Source of the DNA: the human T2T-CHM13v2.0 reference genome, Homo sapiens
Assembly: GCF_009914755.1 (NCBI RefSeq)
Contig: NC_060931.1
Strand: one strand, 5' to 3'
DNA length: 64,000 nt
This document shows, one piece after another, positions 17,318 through 31,383 of this stretch (the first letter of the stretch is position 1; every line of letters begins with the position of its first letter). The notes under the pieces were generated by a model, which searched no databases, was not told the DNA's origin, and was given only the letters and a program-made list of their open reading frames with translations. A program made the translations under genes and the position numbers.

Positions 17318-17460
17318 CTGGGTACAGTGGCACTTTCCTGCAGTCACAGCTACTCAAGAGGCTGAGGCAGGAAGATTCCTTGAACCTAGCAGCTGGAACC
17401 AAGCCTGGGCAACATAGTGAGAACTCATCCCAAAAATAATAAATAAAAACTAAAAAAAAC
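17318..17460 (+). mobile_element. FLAM (Alu monomer)
   Basis: CTGGGTACAGTGGCAC...CAGCTACTCAAGAGGCTGAGGCAGGAAGATTCCTTGAACC...AGCCTGGGCAACATAGTGAGA followed by an A-rich tail. Confidence 0.8.
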
Positions 17461-18060
17461 CCAAGTGTATATAATCAAGGTACACAACATAATGTTTTGA
17501 TATATGTATACATTGTGAAATGATTACCACAATCAAGCTAATTAATATACCCATTACTTCACATAGTTAATGTTTTTACTTTGTGTGTGTGGGGAAAAAC
17601 ATTTATGATCTATTCTCTTAGCAAATTTCAAGTCTACAACACAGTATTGTGTGACTAACTATATCCATCATGGTATACATTAGATCTCCAGAACTTATTC
17701 ACTGTATATTGGTACTCCTTGACCAACATTTCCACATATTTCCCTCTCTTCATTCCCTGGAAGCCACCATTCTATTCCCTACTTCTAGGAATTCAACTTA
17801 TTTAGATTCCACATAGAAGTGAGATCATGTAGTATTTGTCTTTCTGTGCCTGGCTTATATTACTTAGTATAATGTCCTCTCGGTTCATCAAGATTGCTGG
17901 AAATGACAGGATTTTATTCTTTTTTTTTATGGCTGAGTAGTATTTCATTTTACATATGTATCATATTTTCTTTATTTATTTTGGCTACTGTGAACAATGT
18001 TGCAGTACAAGTGGGAATACAGATACCTTTTGAGATACTGATTTCATTTCCTTTGAATAA

Positions 18061-18440
18061 TGATATAGTTTGATTTTGTGACCCCGCCCAAATCTCATGT
18101 TAAATTGTAATCCCCAATGCTGGAGAAGGGGCCTAGTAGAAGGTGACTTGGATTATGGAGGCAAACTTCCCCCTTGCTGTTCTCATGATAGTGAGTTCTC
18201 ACAAGATCTGGTTGTTTAAAAGTGTGTAGCACCTCCCCTTCTCTCTTCCTCCTGCTCCAGCCATGTAAGTTGTGCCTCCTTCCTCTTCTCCTTCTGCCAT
18301 GATTGTATGTTTCCTGAGGCCTCCTTCAGTCATGCTTCCTGTACAGCCTGTGGAACTGTGAGTCAATTAAATCTCTTTTCTTTATAAATTACCTAGTCTC
18401 AGGTAACTGCTTTACAGCAATGCTAGAATGGACTAAAACA
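18061..18440 (+). mobile_element. MSTA-like MaLR solo LTR
   Basis: Termini TGATATAGTTTG...GAATGGACTAAAACA; the flanking L1 sequence is continuous across it. Confidence 0.9.
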
Positions 18441-18995
18441 TGTATATCTATATACCCAGAAGTGAAATTGCTGGATCATGTTGGTCTTCCTATTTTTAAA
18501 TTTTTGAAGAACCTCCATACATTCTCCATAATGGCTATACAAATTTACATTTCTACAGACATTGTATAAAGATTCCCTTTTCTCCACATCCTCATCAATA
18601 TTTGTTACCTTTTGTCTTTTTGAAGCCATTCTACCAGGTATGAGATGATATATCATTATGGTTTTAATTTGCATTTCCCTGATGATTAGTGATGTTGAGC
18701 ATTTTTAATATACTTGTTGGTCATCTTCATATCGTCTTTTGAGAAATGTCTATGCAGGTCCCTTGGCCTCTTTTAAATTGGGTTATTAGTTTTCTTGCTA
18801 TTGAGTTGTTTGAGTTTCTTACATATATCTTTATATTAACTTCTCATCTGATGTATGGTTTGCAAATATTTTACCCCATTCCATAGTTTGTTTTTCACTC
18901 TTTGGTTGTTTCCCGTGTTGTGCAGAAGGCTCAGTTTGATGCAATCTTATCAGTCTATGTTTTCCTTTTGTTACCTGTGATTTGAGGCCATACGG

Positions 18996-19364
18996 TGATA
19001 TGGTTTGGATTTGTGCTCCCACCCAAATCTTATGGCAAATTGTAATCCCCATTGTTGGAAGAGGGGCCTGATGAGAGGTGATTGGATCATGGGGATGTAT
19101 CTCCCTCATAGTGAGTGAGTTCTCACAAGATCTAGTTGACTAAAAGTGTGTAGCACCTCTCCCTTCACCTTATTCCTCCTTCTCCAGCCATGTAAGACAT
19201 GGCTGCTTCCCCTTTGCCTGCTGCCATGATTGTAAGTTTCTTGACACTTCCCCAGCTATGCTTCCTGTAAACCCTGTGAAACTGTGAGTCAATTAAACCT
19301 GTTTCTTTATAAATTACCCAGTGTGAGGTAGTTCTTTATAGCAGTATGAGAACAGAATAATACA
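18996..19364 (+). mobile_element. MSTA-like MaLR solo LTR
   Basis: Termini TGATATGGTTTGG...GAACAGAATAATACA; the flanking L1 sequence is continuous across it. Confidence 0.9.
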
Positions 19365-21165
19365 TGAGTTCATATCCAAAAAATCATTGCTCAGATCAAT
19401 TTCAAGAAGCTTTTTTCCTATGTTTTCTTCAGTAGTTTACAGTTTCAAGTCTTACATTTAAATATTTAATTCATTTTGAGTTGATTTTTGTATATGGTGT
19501 GAGATAATTCCATTCTTTTGCGTGTGGATATTTAGTTGTCCCAATACCTTTTATTGAATAGGCTGTTTTTTCCCCATTGTGTGTTCTTGCCATCTTTATT
19601 GAAGATCAGTCAACCATATATGAGTGAAATTTGTGTATATGTGCTTTATTTTGTGTTCCATTGGTTTATATATCTGTTTTTATGTTAGTATTCTGTTTTG
19701 ATTATTATAGCTTTGTGTTACATTTTGAAATCAAGTAGTGTGGATGCCTCCAGGTTTGTTCTTTCTCCATATCTCCTTGGTTATTCAAGGTCTTTTGTGC
19801 TTCCTTCTGGTTTTAGGATTGTGTTTTATATTTCTGTGAAAAATGTCATTGGAATTGTGATAGGCATTGCATTGCTTTGGGTAGTATGAACATTTTAACA
19901 CAATCAATTCTTCTAATCCATGAACATGGGACATCTTTTCATTTAGTTGTGTCTTCTTCAATTTCTATTATCAATGTTTGATAGGTTTTGGTGTACAGAT
20001 CATTTACCTCCTTTGTTAAACTTATTCCACAGTAGTTTGCTTTTGGTTGCTATTGTAAATGAGATTATTTTCTTAATTTTGTTTTTTTGGATAGTTTGTT
20101 GTTAATGTAGAGAAATGCAATGATCTTTACATGTTGATATTTTTCCTGAAACTTCACTTAATTGGTTTATTAGTTCTAACAGTTTTTTGAAGAAGTCCTT
20201 AGCATATTTTATACATAAGATCATGTCATCTGCAAACAGCAACAATTTTACTTCTTCTGTTCTATTTGGATGTCTTTTATTTATCTTTCTTGCTTAATTG
20301 CTCTGTTCAATATTTCCTGTATTATATTGAAGAGAAGTGATGGGATTGGGCATCCTTGTCATATTTCTGATCTTACAGGAAAAACTTGTTGCTTTTCACC
20401 ATTAAGTATGATGTTAGTTATGGGCTTTCATATATATCCTACATTATGTTGAAGTATATTCCTTCTATAACTAATTTGTTGAAAGGAAGTTGAATTTTGT
20501 CAAAAATTTTTGCATCTATTGAGATGATTATATGATTTTCATCCTTAATTATTTTCATGTAGTATATCACATTTATTGATTTACATATGTTGAGCCATTT
20601 TTGCATCTTTGGAACAAATCCCACTTGATCATGGAATATGATTCTTTATGCTGTTGAATTCAGTTTACTAGCATTTTGTTGACCATTTTTGCATCTTTGT
20701 TTATCTAGAATATTGGCCTGTAGTTTTATTTCCTTTTCCTATTCTTGTCTGGCTCTGTTATCAGAGTAATGCTGGCCTTAAAAACTAAATTTGGAAGTGT
20801 TCCTTCCTTTTCAATTTTTTTGGAAGAGTTTGAGAAGGTTCAGCATTAAATTTTTTTTATTAAATATTTGTTAGAATTCACCAGAGAAGTCAGTAATTCC
20901 TGGGTTTTCTTTCTTGTTGGTTGGAGGTTTTTGGTTATTGGTTTAATCTCCTAACCCATTATTGTTCTGTTTTAATACATATATTTTTGACTCAATCTCT
21001 GAGACACTGAAAGTGCCCTGTAAACTTTACAAAATATGAGATTTGTTTGAAATTTGACCATATCAAGAGTATTAATCTTAAAATGAACCTTTATCTTAGG
21101 ATTAATACTCTGACCATAATGAGTATTAAGATTAAGAGTACCTGAGCATGTTAAGAGTATTCTTT

Positions 21166-21465
<300 letters not shown>

Positions 21466-21491
21466 AAGAGTATTATTTAAAGCTTAAAGAA

Positions 21492-21680
21492 AATGGTTCT
21501 CAAAACTGCTTGCACTTTTAGAATCCCTATGGAAACTTAAAAGAAACGATGCCCAGAGTCATACCCAGAGAAAATGATTCAATATGTATTCAATAGTACC
21601 TGAATATTGGCACTTTGCAAAACTTTCCCCTGCATTTTGTTTTGTTTTGTTTTTTGCAACAAAGGATTGGCACCACTACC
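21492..21680. mobile_element. MER5-type MITE
   Basis: Termini AATGGTTCTCAAAAC...GGATTGGCACCACT, with GATGCCCAGAGTC inside. Confidence 0.55.
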
Positions 21681-23797
21681 TTAGAGGATCCAGGTTTTTG
21701 GATTCATTTTTGTATTAACTTACAACACATCTGTTTAATCTAAAAGAAACCCTGATAACAACATGACCCAATGGGCAGATGGCTGGATACTTGTCTGGAT
21801 ATCTTCAATTTTTGTATGTCATGTGGATGCAGCCTTATTTTATCAGCCAACAAGGAGGATTAGTTGGAAAAAATACAAACACATTTATCTCTATCAGAGT
21901 AGGAGGAATTACACAATTGGTAGAGTTTATCTTTGACTCTCTAAAGAATAGGTCACACAGTTTTAAGCCAGCCTTGCAGCAGAGATGGAAACATCAGACA
22001 AACTGCTTATCTGACATATCCATAATAATTTACCATACCATGCGTTTCCCTACTCTGTTGTTCATTTGCACTGTCAAGCACGATAAGTGAACAAAGATAG
22101 ACACACTGTTAGCATTTAAATATTACAATGCTTCCCTGTCTTATCATCTATTTTCTTTCTATCCATCTCTTTTCCTTTTTTTCTCCATTTAGCCTCTTTT
22201 TACAGCTTCCCTCCTCCATCTTAAGAAGCTTTTAAGAAAATGAGGGTTATTTTTTATTATAAGCAAGTGACACTGTGATGAATTCTTCCATATGATGTAT
22301 GTAGTGCAGATTGCCTTACTTAAATGATTAATTAAAATTGATCATAAAATAATGCTAACTTACTGAGCCCTCTCCATTACTTTTGAATCCTTTGTTTTTA
22401 GAGAAAATCATGAGATGTGCTGCAGCAATAGTGTTAGTCTGTGAGCAAGGAATTCTTTGAGCTGTGGAAGGCTAGAAGCTTCTCTAGCATTTGATGCTTT
22501 CAAAGGAGGCAGCAGAATGTCCTTTGGGGACACCCTGCCAGAGTTTATAGATTTGTTTTCTTTTCTATTGGGAAATGTGGCAATTGCATCCTAGGGACTT
22601 GGGTAGACATAAAAATGTAGCATTCTAATTATGTCTATATGGATGAAAGATTTATTTTTAGCTCTTTGAACATTTAAATGTGTACTTCTAGTGTTATCTA
22701 ACAAATTATAAGACACTTTATAAAATGGTATTGTCTTATAATAGATCCTAAGAGACAAGAGAAAAATTGCTGAGGGCAGGATTTCAGGCACTGCAGCCCT
22801 TATCTTTACCTGTCATCAAAACCCTCTGTTCTAACCAATTGACTGGAATCCAGCCTATAATGTTATTCGGGAATAAAGACCACACAGTGATTGCTGTAAA
22901 AAAAAAAAAAAAAGGTAAATATAAACAAATGTAAATTATTGAGAGTAATAATTAAATGTGGCTGAATTTTCCACATCTTCATGTCAGATATTTTAAACAT
23001 AAATATAGAAGGGGAGAGGGCGGCCCTGGTATTTTTACTTTGTACAGAAGAGAGAAGTGTAGCATCTGTATGACCTTCCGGCTGTGTCTCCTCAATCAGA
23101 CAAAAAGTGCTAGTAAATTCAGGGTAGTTTGAGGAGTCAGTTTTACTGATTATTAGGTAATTCAATCAAAATGAATGATCTCAATATTTCATTTAGATAT
23201 ACCCTGGAAATCTGACACAGAGACAGAGTAATCAAAAGCTCCTCTGTTTTGGCTACATCAACATCATAATCATAATCAGACATTAATTGATATTTGGACA
23301 AGGTGGTAATCACTGGTGCTGTGAAGAGTAATGAAGAGGTATTAGACACATCAGAATAATAATGTGAATAGAAGGCTGAAATGTTATTCTCCAACAAAGA
23401 AGAAACAAATATTCAAAATTGTAAGAAGAAAAATGCTGCAAAGTTACAAGATTCTATGCAGTGTTACTTGGTTTGCAGATGAAGTCAGGACTTACTTGAA
23501 TCAGAATTACTAAACCCCTAAATAGACCTATTCCTGCTTGCCATGCCCAAATCCCCTCTTGGTTCAAATTTTACAAAAAAGAAGGCATACTACACATTTT
23601 TAAGTACACGAGATCATGAGAAAGTATTTAATTTTCACATACTTGTGATTTGGAGAAAGAACTTAACTTTTTTATGAAGCGTGAGAGGAAATTGAGGATG
23701 AGCATTTGGATTACTTTCTGACTTGAACACCTGGGAAAGTATATGTATTTTCAAGTATAAGTGAATAGCCCTGGAAACAGAAGCACAACTCTAGGAA

Positions 23798-24025
23798 CAA
23801 TAACTAGTATTTATTGAGTGCTTACTATGTGCAAGGTGTTGTTCTAAGCCCTTTGCATTAATTAACTCATCTAATCCTCATTACAATCCTATTTGGTAGG
23901 TAGTATTATTAACACCATTTTACAGAATAATTAAGATGCACAGGTTAAATAAACAGAGCAAGGTCACAGAGCTGGTAAATGGCACAGTTTGTATTTGAAC
24001 CAAAAAATTCTGGGTCCAGAGTCTA
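23798..24025 (-). mobile_element. MIR
   Basis: TTTATTGAGTGCTTACTATGTGCAAGG...AACTCATCTAATCCTCA...CCATTTTACAGA...CAAGGTCACAGAGCTGGTAAATGGCA. Confidence 0.85.
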
Positions 24026-24220
24026 CAAAAAAACTAACACACTAGAGTGCCTTGACGCATTAAGGCGATTTTTAAAAAAATCTTTCTTGTCTCTGGCCAG
24101 GATGCTACCACAGCCTTATATAAAGATAGTTACTTTTTATTACGCACATTTCAGATTATCAAAAGTTCAACGTGTATAGTGAAAAGCTGAGCCTAGGTCA
24201 AAAAATAATGAGATGATCAT

Positions 24221-24238
24221 CAGCCACCAGAGGGCACA
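24221..24238 (+). promoter_or_regulatory. Candidate CTCF motif (forward orientation)
   Basis: CAGCCACCAGAGGGCACA closely matches the CTCF core CCASYAGRKGGCRS and lies in unique sequence near GC boxes (24408-24424). Confidence 0.55.
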
Positions 24239-24849
24239 TTTGTCTATGGTCTTGAAAGCCTCTGGAGGGAGGGGACGGGGTAAAGGAAGAGGGGAGCTAA
24301 GAGTACATGGCCTAGCTGAATTTTCCTGGGCATGAATACCAGCTTGGACCGCAGTGGAAGTGCCAACAAATTATAAGCTTCACAAATCAATGATACAAGT
24401 TTTCTGTGGGGGCGGGGCGGGGGGACATAATGTTTATCTATGAAGAAAGGCTTTATTTTTGGCTCATCTGAGGCAACAGGGTTATCAGGCTACACAGGGA
24501 ATAGGTACAATTCAGGGAACAATATGGGACTGAATAAATAAACATGAGTTTTGCATCTCATATGTTTACTCACTCTATCACAAAGAAGATCCTATGATAT
24601 GTTCTAAGGGCCCTGGGTAGGGGCTCTCAGGCTAAGGACCATGATGAAACAAACCTTTGCATTGTAATAGACAGTGATGTTGAAGGGTGAATTACTGGTC
24701 TGTGTAATTCCAATATAATTAGTCAGTGCTTTCAAAATGGTTGACTGAAGAAGTCACTGTACTTGAGGTCCAAATTAACATAATCTAAATCCTCTAGAGA
24801 GGAGATATTACAATTTCCTTTCTCCCATAAGTGTCAGAAGTCAGAAGAC

Positions 24850-25698
24850 TATTGTTCTTTCTAGCGTTTAGCCAATGACCCTTTTTATAACAAATATTTT
24901 GTAGTTCTCCCTTTTTCATTCTAAGATGAAATTTTAGATACTATATCTTACTTGTAGTATAAAGATCAATGTAAGAGTGGTGATGGTATCACAGGTGTTT
25001 TTCATATATCCAAACCCATCAAATTGTACTCCTTAATACATGCAGCTCTTTGTGTGTCAATTATACCTCAATAAAGCTGTTAACAATCAATATATCTGAT
25101 TTAATTATAAAATAAAAATCAATGAAATAAATTTAAATGAAGTAATACACATTTCAGTATGTAAATATTCAGTCAGGACCACACAAGAAAATAAAATGAA
25201 GTAGTAAGATGCTTGCACCTACACATAGAATTCCAGAAATGTGACTGTTCCAAATCCAGATTGATGTAGGTGTATTGAACTGGTTGTACAGGGTGACTCA
25301 ACCCCCACCAAGTGACACTGCTGTCAGGGACATGATTTTACAAAATTGCAAACAAATCTTGGCTAAAATCCAACTAAAGCAAGGTAAAATCTTCCCACCA
25401 TTTGGCAAAGACTGGCATTCCCAGAAAAATTATCTTAGGGAAAACTACGCTTATTGTAAAATGTGGTTAGATTCTAAGCTCAGATTATAAATATTTTTTC
25501 ATCCACGTAAGAGACCAGCAGGACATTTAAAAGTCATTTGGGACAATTCTTGGTCGGTAGGCCTCCTCCACACACTGCAGAACATGTAGTCCTCCCTTGT
25601 GAAAAGCAAGTGGTGTCCTCTCTTATGATTACCAAAAATACCCCATGCCTTTCCCAAATCCCTCCTATAGGGGGGCATCACCACATGGAGAACCATTA
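24850..25698 (-). mobile_element. MER20B-like hAT element containing a short L1M 3' fragment (~24975-25085, +)
   Basis: The reverse complement of the right end reads AATGGTTCTCCATG...GGATTTGGGAAAG...ATTTTTGGTAATCATAA, resembling MER20. The insert carries GTGTCAATTATACCTCAATAAAGCTGTT, an L1MC/MD 3' end. Confidence 0.55.
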
Positions 25699-27349
25699 GT
25701 CTGGCTCAAACTTGCTTCAGTCAAGTTTTATTTTTTTCTCTTCTCTTTAGTGGAAATAATATAGCTATTCACCTGCACTCATATAGTAATGACTGCAGAC
25801 TCTACCTGCTGTACATGAAGGTTATCGTTAAGCTCCTCTTTAACCTTATGAAATGCCAGGGAGGACATTAAATACAAATCTCTCTTTAAAACCGAAGTTG
25901 CTTTAAGAATGATTCAGCCATGGCAATAATGAAGGTCAGTTCTTAGAATGTGTTCTTTAGCCAGTGTAAATTCCCAAAGGGAAAAAAGAAAAAAAAATAA
26001 GCAAGGGACCATCATGGTCATTTTGAAGGGTAAAGGAATCCAAACTAAGGATTTTATACAGAACACAAGGACAAATGCAAAGCAGTTTTCAGAGGGTCAG
26101 TGGCTCTTACAAAGATTATATGGTCAAGTCTGTTTAGCATGAATCTAGCAACAAAAATCAACGTTACATATGTTCTATCAGAATGACCCACACACAAATC
26201 TTTTAACTGCCAGACACATTGATAAATCAACCAAGCACTAATGTTATCTGACTCCTTCACAGATAAAGATGCCACATTTTTTGTGGCATCCATAGATTAC
26301 TTTAGACAGAAATAAATTCCTAGAGCAAAAAAGGATAAGAAAAATAAGATAAAGTATGTGCTATTAAATACATTGAGATTTATTTTCTTCTGTATTATTT
26401 GAAAAAGTGCAAACTTGGCGACCTTGTGTTTTGTCAAAGCAGTACTAAACCTTACTTTATTTGTGAAAACAAAATAAAGAATATGTATGGGATATCAGGA
26501 CACTCATATACTGCAACAACTACATTTATAGAATATTAAATGGAGTATGCCCAAGTGAACAAAAAACTTTATTAGATACAAACAGTACAAATATTCATGC
26601 TTTTTAACTCCTTGGCAAGCACTGATATTATTAAAGAATCTCGGATCATAGGTAGATTTTTGAAAGGTTTAAGATACAGACCCCTCAATATGTCATTTAT
26701 ATAGATATGTAGTGACCATGTATGGTTAGTCTACTTAATATGATATGTCCCCAAACTCATTAAATTAGTAGTATGCTTAGATACATCACATTTGTAAGAA
26801 TTCAAATAAGTGAGCTGCTTGCACAAGGTAAATATACTTAATACTACTGAACTGTTTAAAAAAACACTGAGCAATTAAGTTTTTCTTTTTTAATTAATGT
26901 CTGCAGTCAAAACCCTGCACCTTTGAATAAGTGTTAGCCCTGTATGGCACATTATGAACACTGCAGTACAATATCCATTGGAAAGTAAGTGCCATGAGTT
27001 CAGGGACATGATCTCTTTTGTTCACATCTATATCCGTAGTGTCTAGAAAATGTCTCTTATAGCAGAAGTTCACAATACTTATTAAATAAATGAATTACTA
27101 AATTTCAGTTGCTCCCATGAGCTCCAATATCTTTAAATTCATAATATGATCACTAATAAAATATACTTATTGTTGAGATGAAGTGAGATATGCAGAAATA
27201 CTTTATAGACTGTATCCATTATGAATTATTATTGTTGTGATATGCTGTTATTTTGATATGTCATTTACCCTTTAAAATAAATTCCTATGTATTTGTCAAT
27301 AGATGAACAAAAGCCTAGAGTACAAAAAAACACATTCTCTGAAACACTC

Positions 27350-28740
27350 TCTGTTAGAAATTTTATGATGTCCGGTGTTCCAGATTTCACTGGCCACTTC
27401 CTGTCAGTCTCCTTTGCTAGTTTTAACTTTTTCTGAAGAGCTTGGTCTTACACACTCTTTTATATCTTTGCATTCTTTCTTTTGGTGATAATGCTTATTA
27501 CCATCACTTCACGTAACACTTACATGCTGAGGACCCCTCAGTGATGCCTATTTTACATGTCTCTTCTTATCCATATTTAACTGCTCACCTGACATTTCAA
27601 ATAAGCTGTCTCCCAGGCATTTCAAACTCCACATTACTGCAACTGAATTTCAGATCTCCACCTCACTCCACCCCATCTCAGTTCAAATTTGTTGTTTCTA
27701 AACTTCCCCATCCCAGTAAAGGTTAACAGTGTCCACTCAACTGCTAAGCCAGGAACGTGGAAGTCATCATTAGTTTAATTTTTCTAATCCTTCTCCCTTC
27801 CTACAGCTAATTCATCAACATATTATTTGTGTCTACCCTTTGAAATATACCTCAAATCTCTACTTCTGTCTTCCCTGCCAGCGCTCTGGTACCGTCCCTT
27901 CTTGCTCAGAGAATAGCACTAGTATCCAACCGAACTTCCTTCTTTAACAATCTATTTAGTTGCCAAAAGGAACATATTAAACTTTAAATCATTTCAGTAC
28001 CCTTTTGTGCCCTCCCACTGCACTTAGGATATAATCCAAACTTAACATTCCTTATGAAGTTCTGATGATTTCACCATGGTCTATTTTTTATAATCCTATT
28101 TCATGTCTCTCTTCTCTTCCCTTCTCTGTTCCAGCTACTGTGGCTTACCCTGTGACCTTTAATCAAACAGATCTCCTTTTTGTTTGTTTCAGGACCATTC
28201 TATATGCTTTCTTGGCCCTTAACATCATATCAAATGGCTGGATCCTTCTCATCTCTAAGATCTCAGCCGTGCTTCTCCCAAGAAAAGCTCCTTTTATCTC
28301 TTTATCTAAATCAGCCCCTCTCCATGTTGTTCTTCATCACCATGCACTATGTTTTCTCCATGAGAACAACTATGATTTAGAATGATTTATTTGTTTACTC
28401 ACACAGTGTCTGCCCCCTAACTGTAATTTCAGTGCCTTGAGGGTGGAAAGATGTCTATTTTTCACTATTGCATTCCTGGTGCCTAGAAGTAAACCTGGAA
28501 TCTCGGAACTGAGTTTCTTAGGAATATTTCTCATACAGCATTCTTCCTTTCCTTCAGAGCACTTATCTCAATTTGTGGTTATTCAATCCTTAGTGTGATC
28601 ATTTGAATAATGACTGTCTGTCTCCTTTACAAACCTAAAATCTCCATAAGAACAGGAACCATGTTTGATTTTGGCCACTAAAGCCTAGCACAGGGTCTGA
28701 CATAATAAATATGCAATGCATACTTGTTGGATTTTATTGA
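27350..28740 (+). mobile_element. L2 remnants
   Basis: Pyrimidine-rich sense L2 motifs (CCCACTGCACTTAGGATATAATCCAAAC, CATTCCTGGTGCCTAGAA, GCCTAGCACAGGGTCTGACATA). Confidence 0.7.
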
Positions 28741-28762
28741 CCAAAAAGTAGCTTTGGCTTAT

Positions 28763-29422
28763 TGTGATGATTGATTTTGGGTATCAATTTGACTGAATTA
28801 GGGGATATCCAGATAGCTGGTAATACATTATTTATTCTCAATAATTGCATTAATTATTCTCAATGTTTTAGTAGGCTCTGAGCCCATCCTTCTTTTGCTA
28901 AAAACGAAGCCCAAGTGGTTTGGCATTTGATTAGAATGAGTGGGCTGCCTCAGATGTGTCTGTGAGGGTGTTTCTGGAGGAGATTTGCATGTGAGTCAGT
29001 GGACTGAGTGGGGGAAGATCTGCCCTCAATGTGGGCAGGTACCTTCCAATTGGCTGGGGATGCAGATTGAATAAAAAGGTAGAGGAAGGGCAAATTCTTG
29101 CTGTCTCTCTTTCAGAGCTGGGATGCCCTTCTTCCCCTGCCCTTGGACATCAGAACTCCAGGTTCTTCAGTTTTTGGACTCCAGGACTTGCATCAGCAGT
29201 TTCTTTACCCCCTGCTACCTCTCACCCTTTGCTTCCCGCTCTTAGGCCTTTGGACTTGGACTGAGCCCCCTACCAACTTCATTGGTTCTCCAGCTTATAG
29301 TCAGTCTATTATGAGACTTCTCAGCCTCTATAATCCAGTGAACCAATTCTCCTGATAAATTCCTTCACATTTGTCTCTATATGCTATCAGTCCTGTCTCT
29401 CTGGAGTACCCTGACCAATATA
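28763..29422 (+). mobile_element. MLT2 (ERVL) solo LTR
   Basis: Starts TGTGATGATTGATTTTGGGTATCAATTTGACTG, has the core GTGTCTGTGAGGGTGTTTCTGGAGGAGATT and ends CTCTGGAGTACCCTGACCAATATA. TSD CTTAT / TTTAT. Confidence 0.85.
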
Positions 29423-31383
29423 TTTATATAAAACGAAATTCTTATCAGATCAACAATCTTAGATTAAATGCAATGATTTTAACCTGACCTGATCATTTTA
29501 CATGTGTAATTGTACTTGTATTTTTCTATTTACCTCAAAAGTGTGGTATTTCATCTGGTCCTCATTACCTTTAATCTCAAAATAATACTTTTTAAAAATT
29601 TTACTTATAAAATCCCTAAATATAAGAAAGTTTTCAGAAAAATATCCTGACAACTGCTCTATTTTCATAAAACCATAGCAAGAAACCTCTGCTGAACAAT
29701 TAACATTACTCAAGCCTAGAGAGTTGTATGACTGATAATTACGGTTACTTGTCCTGCTTATACAGAAAATATCAACTAAAGTATTATGGTTAGTCTCTAT
29801 GAGTTTCATTTTGAAGTATAGAGCATTTTTGAAGAGCTGTCTCCTTTCATGAAAATAAAAGGAAGTTGGGTATTTTATTTATCCTTCAATTCTGGTACCT
29901 TATTAGGGAGGTGGTATCACTACCAAATACTGTGGACTATGCTTTAGAATGTGATAATTATTAAAAATTGAATTTTTCAATGTTATGATCAAGTAGTTCA
30001 GGGGAGGATTGAAAACCATATGTTGACCTAAGGTCCCATGGAAAATGCCACTTCTCGTATTCCAAGGGACTTAGAGTTTGAAGTTGCAATCCAACATCAG
30101 CTACACACTTCACTTTATTTTACAGAGATAAAACATCAGAGCTTCTTTTGCCATACATATCTACTGACTTCTGTATATTATCATTATTTTAAGTCCATAC
30201 TTGTGAATGACTGTGCCATAGGTAAGATTATGTTTTAACATTTTTGTAGCACTTCTGGTCATAGAACTCTGCTAAAATGTGAACTGTGAAAGGATTCTTG
30301 AAAAATTGGTGACATTTGCATAGGGAACAGAAAGGAACAAAAGGCCCTTGGAGGTGGCAATGAGCATAATATATTTCAGGTTAGTAAGAAGAATGACCCA
30401 CATTGTTCAGAAGAAATTTGTGGGGAGGAAGGAGAAATTGGCTGGTTATGTAGAGAAATTAGCAAAGACTTTGAAAGCCCTCAGAATTGTTCAAACTTGA
30501 CCCAGTGGGAGATAGGGTGCCACTGAGGATGACTGAGCGGGTAAGAAAGTGCTCTGAAGTCATCCAGGGCCTTCTTATATAATTCATGTTACAAGATTTT
30601 GCTTTGAAAAAAGGCAGAGTTATGAATCTGATAAACACCATTGGGAAAGCAATGCTTATTAAAAGAGATATTTGTATTCAAAGTTAGCACATAATAGACA
30701 TTACATATGAGCTTCCAACCCTCCTCACTAAGGCTTTGAGACTTTGTGTTAGTCAGATTTGTTCTCGCACATGGTCATTTTTTCAAAAGTGGAACAGCTC
30801 TAACATAATACTTGGCATTTTTCCATCTCACAAAAGCTCTTGGTAAGACAGAATATCCAGACATGAATGTCATTATCAAATTCCTGGAGGCAATATTGCT
30901 AAGAAAGATGTACTTTGTACAACTTTTAACTTTAAACCAACAAATGACTGACAATTCTGTATCCAACACATTTTAATAAAAAAGTTGAATACTTGATGAA
31001 ATACATGCATAATTCACAGTTAGATATCCAACTGTGGTTAAAGTGTTTTGGGGAATCATTAAGGCAAATCCAATTTTCAATTGTAAATGACCACCTACCA
31101 AAGCCTCTGTCCCAAATCTAGCATGTAGAATCTTCACCCTCGACAGAAGTGAAGAAACAATCCTGAAAAAATAGTGTGATGTGAAAATCTCAGACATTTT
31201 TGGGAACTGATATCCATCCAGACTGAAGCTTTAAAGCTCTTCAACTGTATTCCCAGCTTGCCTAGAAATGAGAGTGCAGCCTTGGACTCACTGGTGTTTC
31301 CTAGGCAGATAGTAACCTGACTGAGACTTATAGGTCCAGGAGTGGACAGGCAAAGGCTCTTTAAGGACTAACATGATTGCCAC

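Larger units (their letters stand above)
17290..21000 (-). mobile_element. L1MA (MA8/9-like), 3' portion, interrupted by a FLAM and two MST LTRs
   Basis: The 3'UTR has GATATATGTATACATTGTGAAATGATTACCACAATCAAGCTAATTAA. Degenerate ORF2 peptides appear on the minus strand (e.g. [20 protein letters not shown] at 20439-20624). Confidence 0.88.

Noticed and set aside
18983-19377. Apparent long duplication (TGAGGCCATA / TGAGTTCATA) flanking the MST LTR instead of a 5-bp TSD
   Set aside because: Too degenerate to distinguish from chance within a diverged L1.
22863-23397. Two adjacent minus-strand ORFs in unique DNA
   Set aside because: No recognisable homology, domain or convincing splice structure, and the lengths are compatible with chance.
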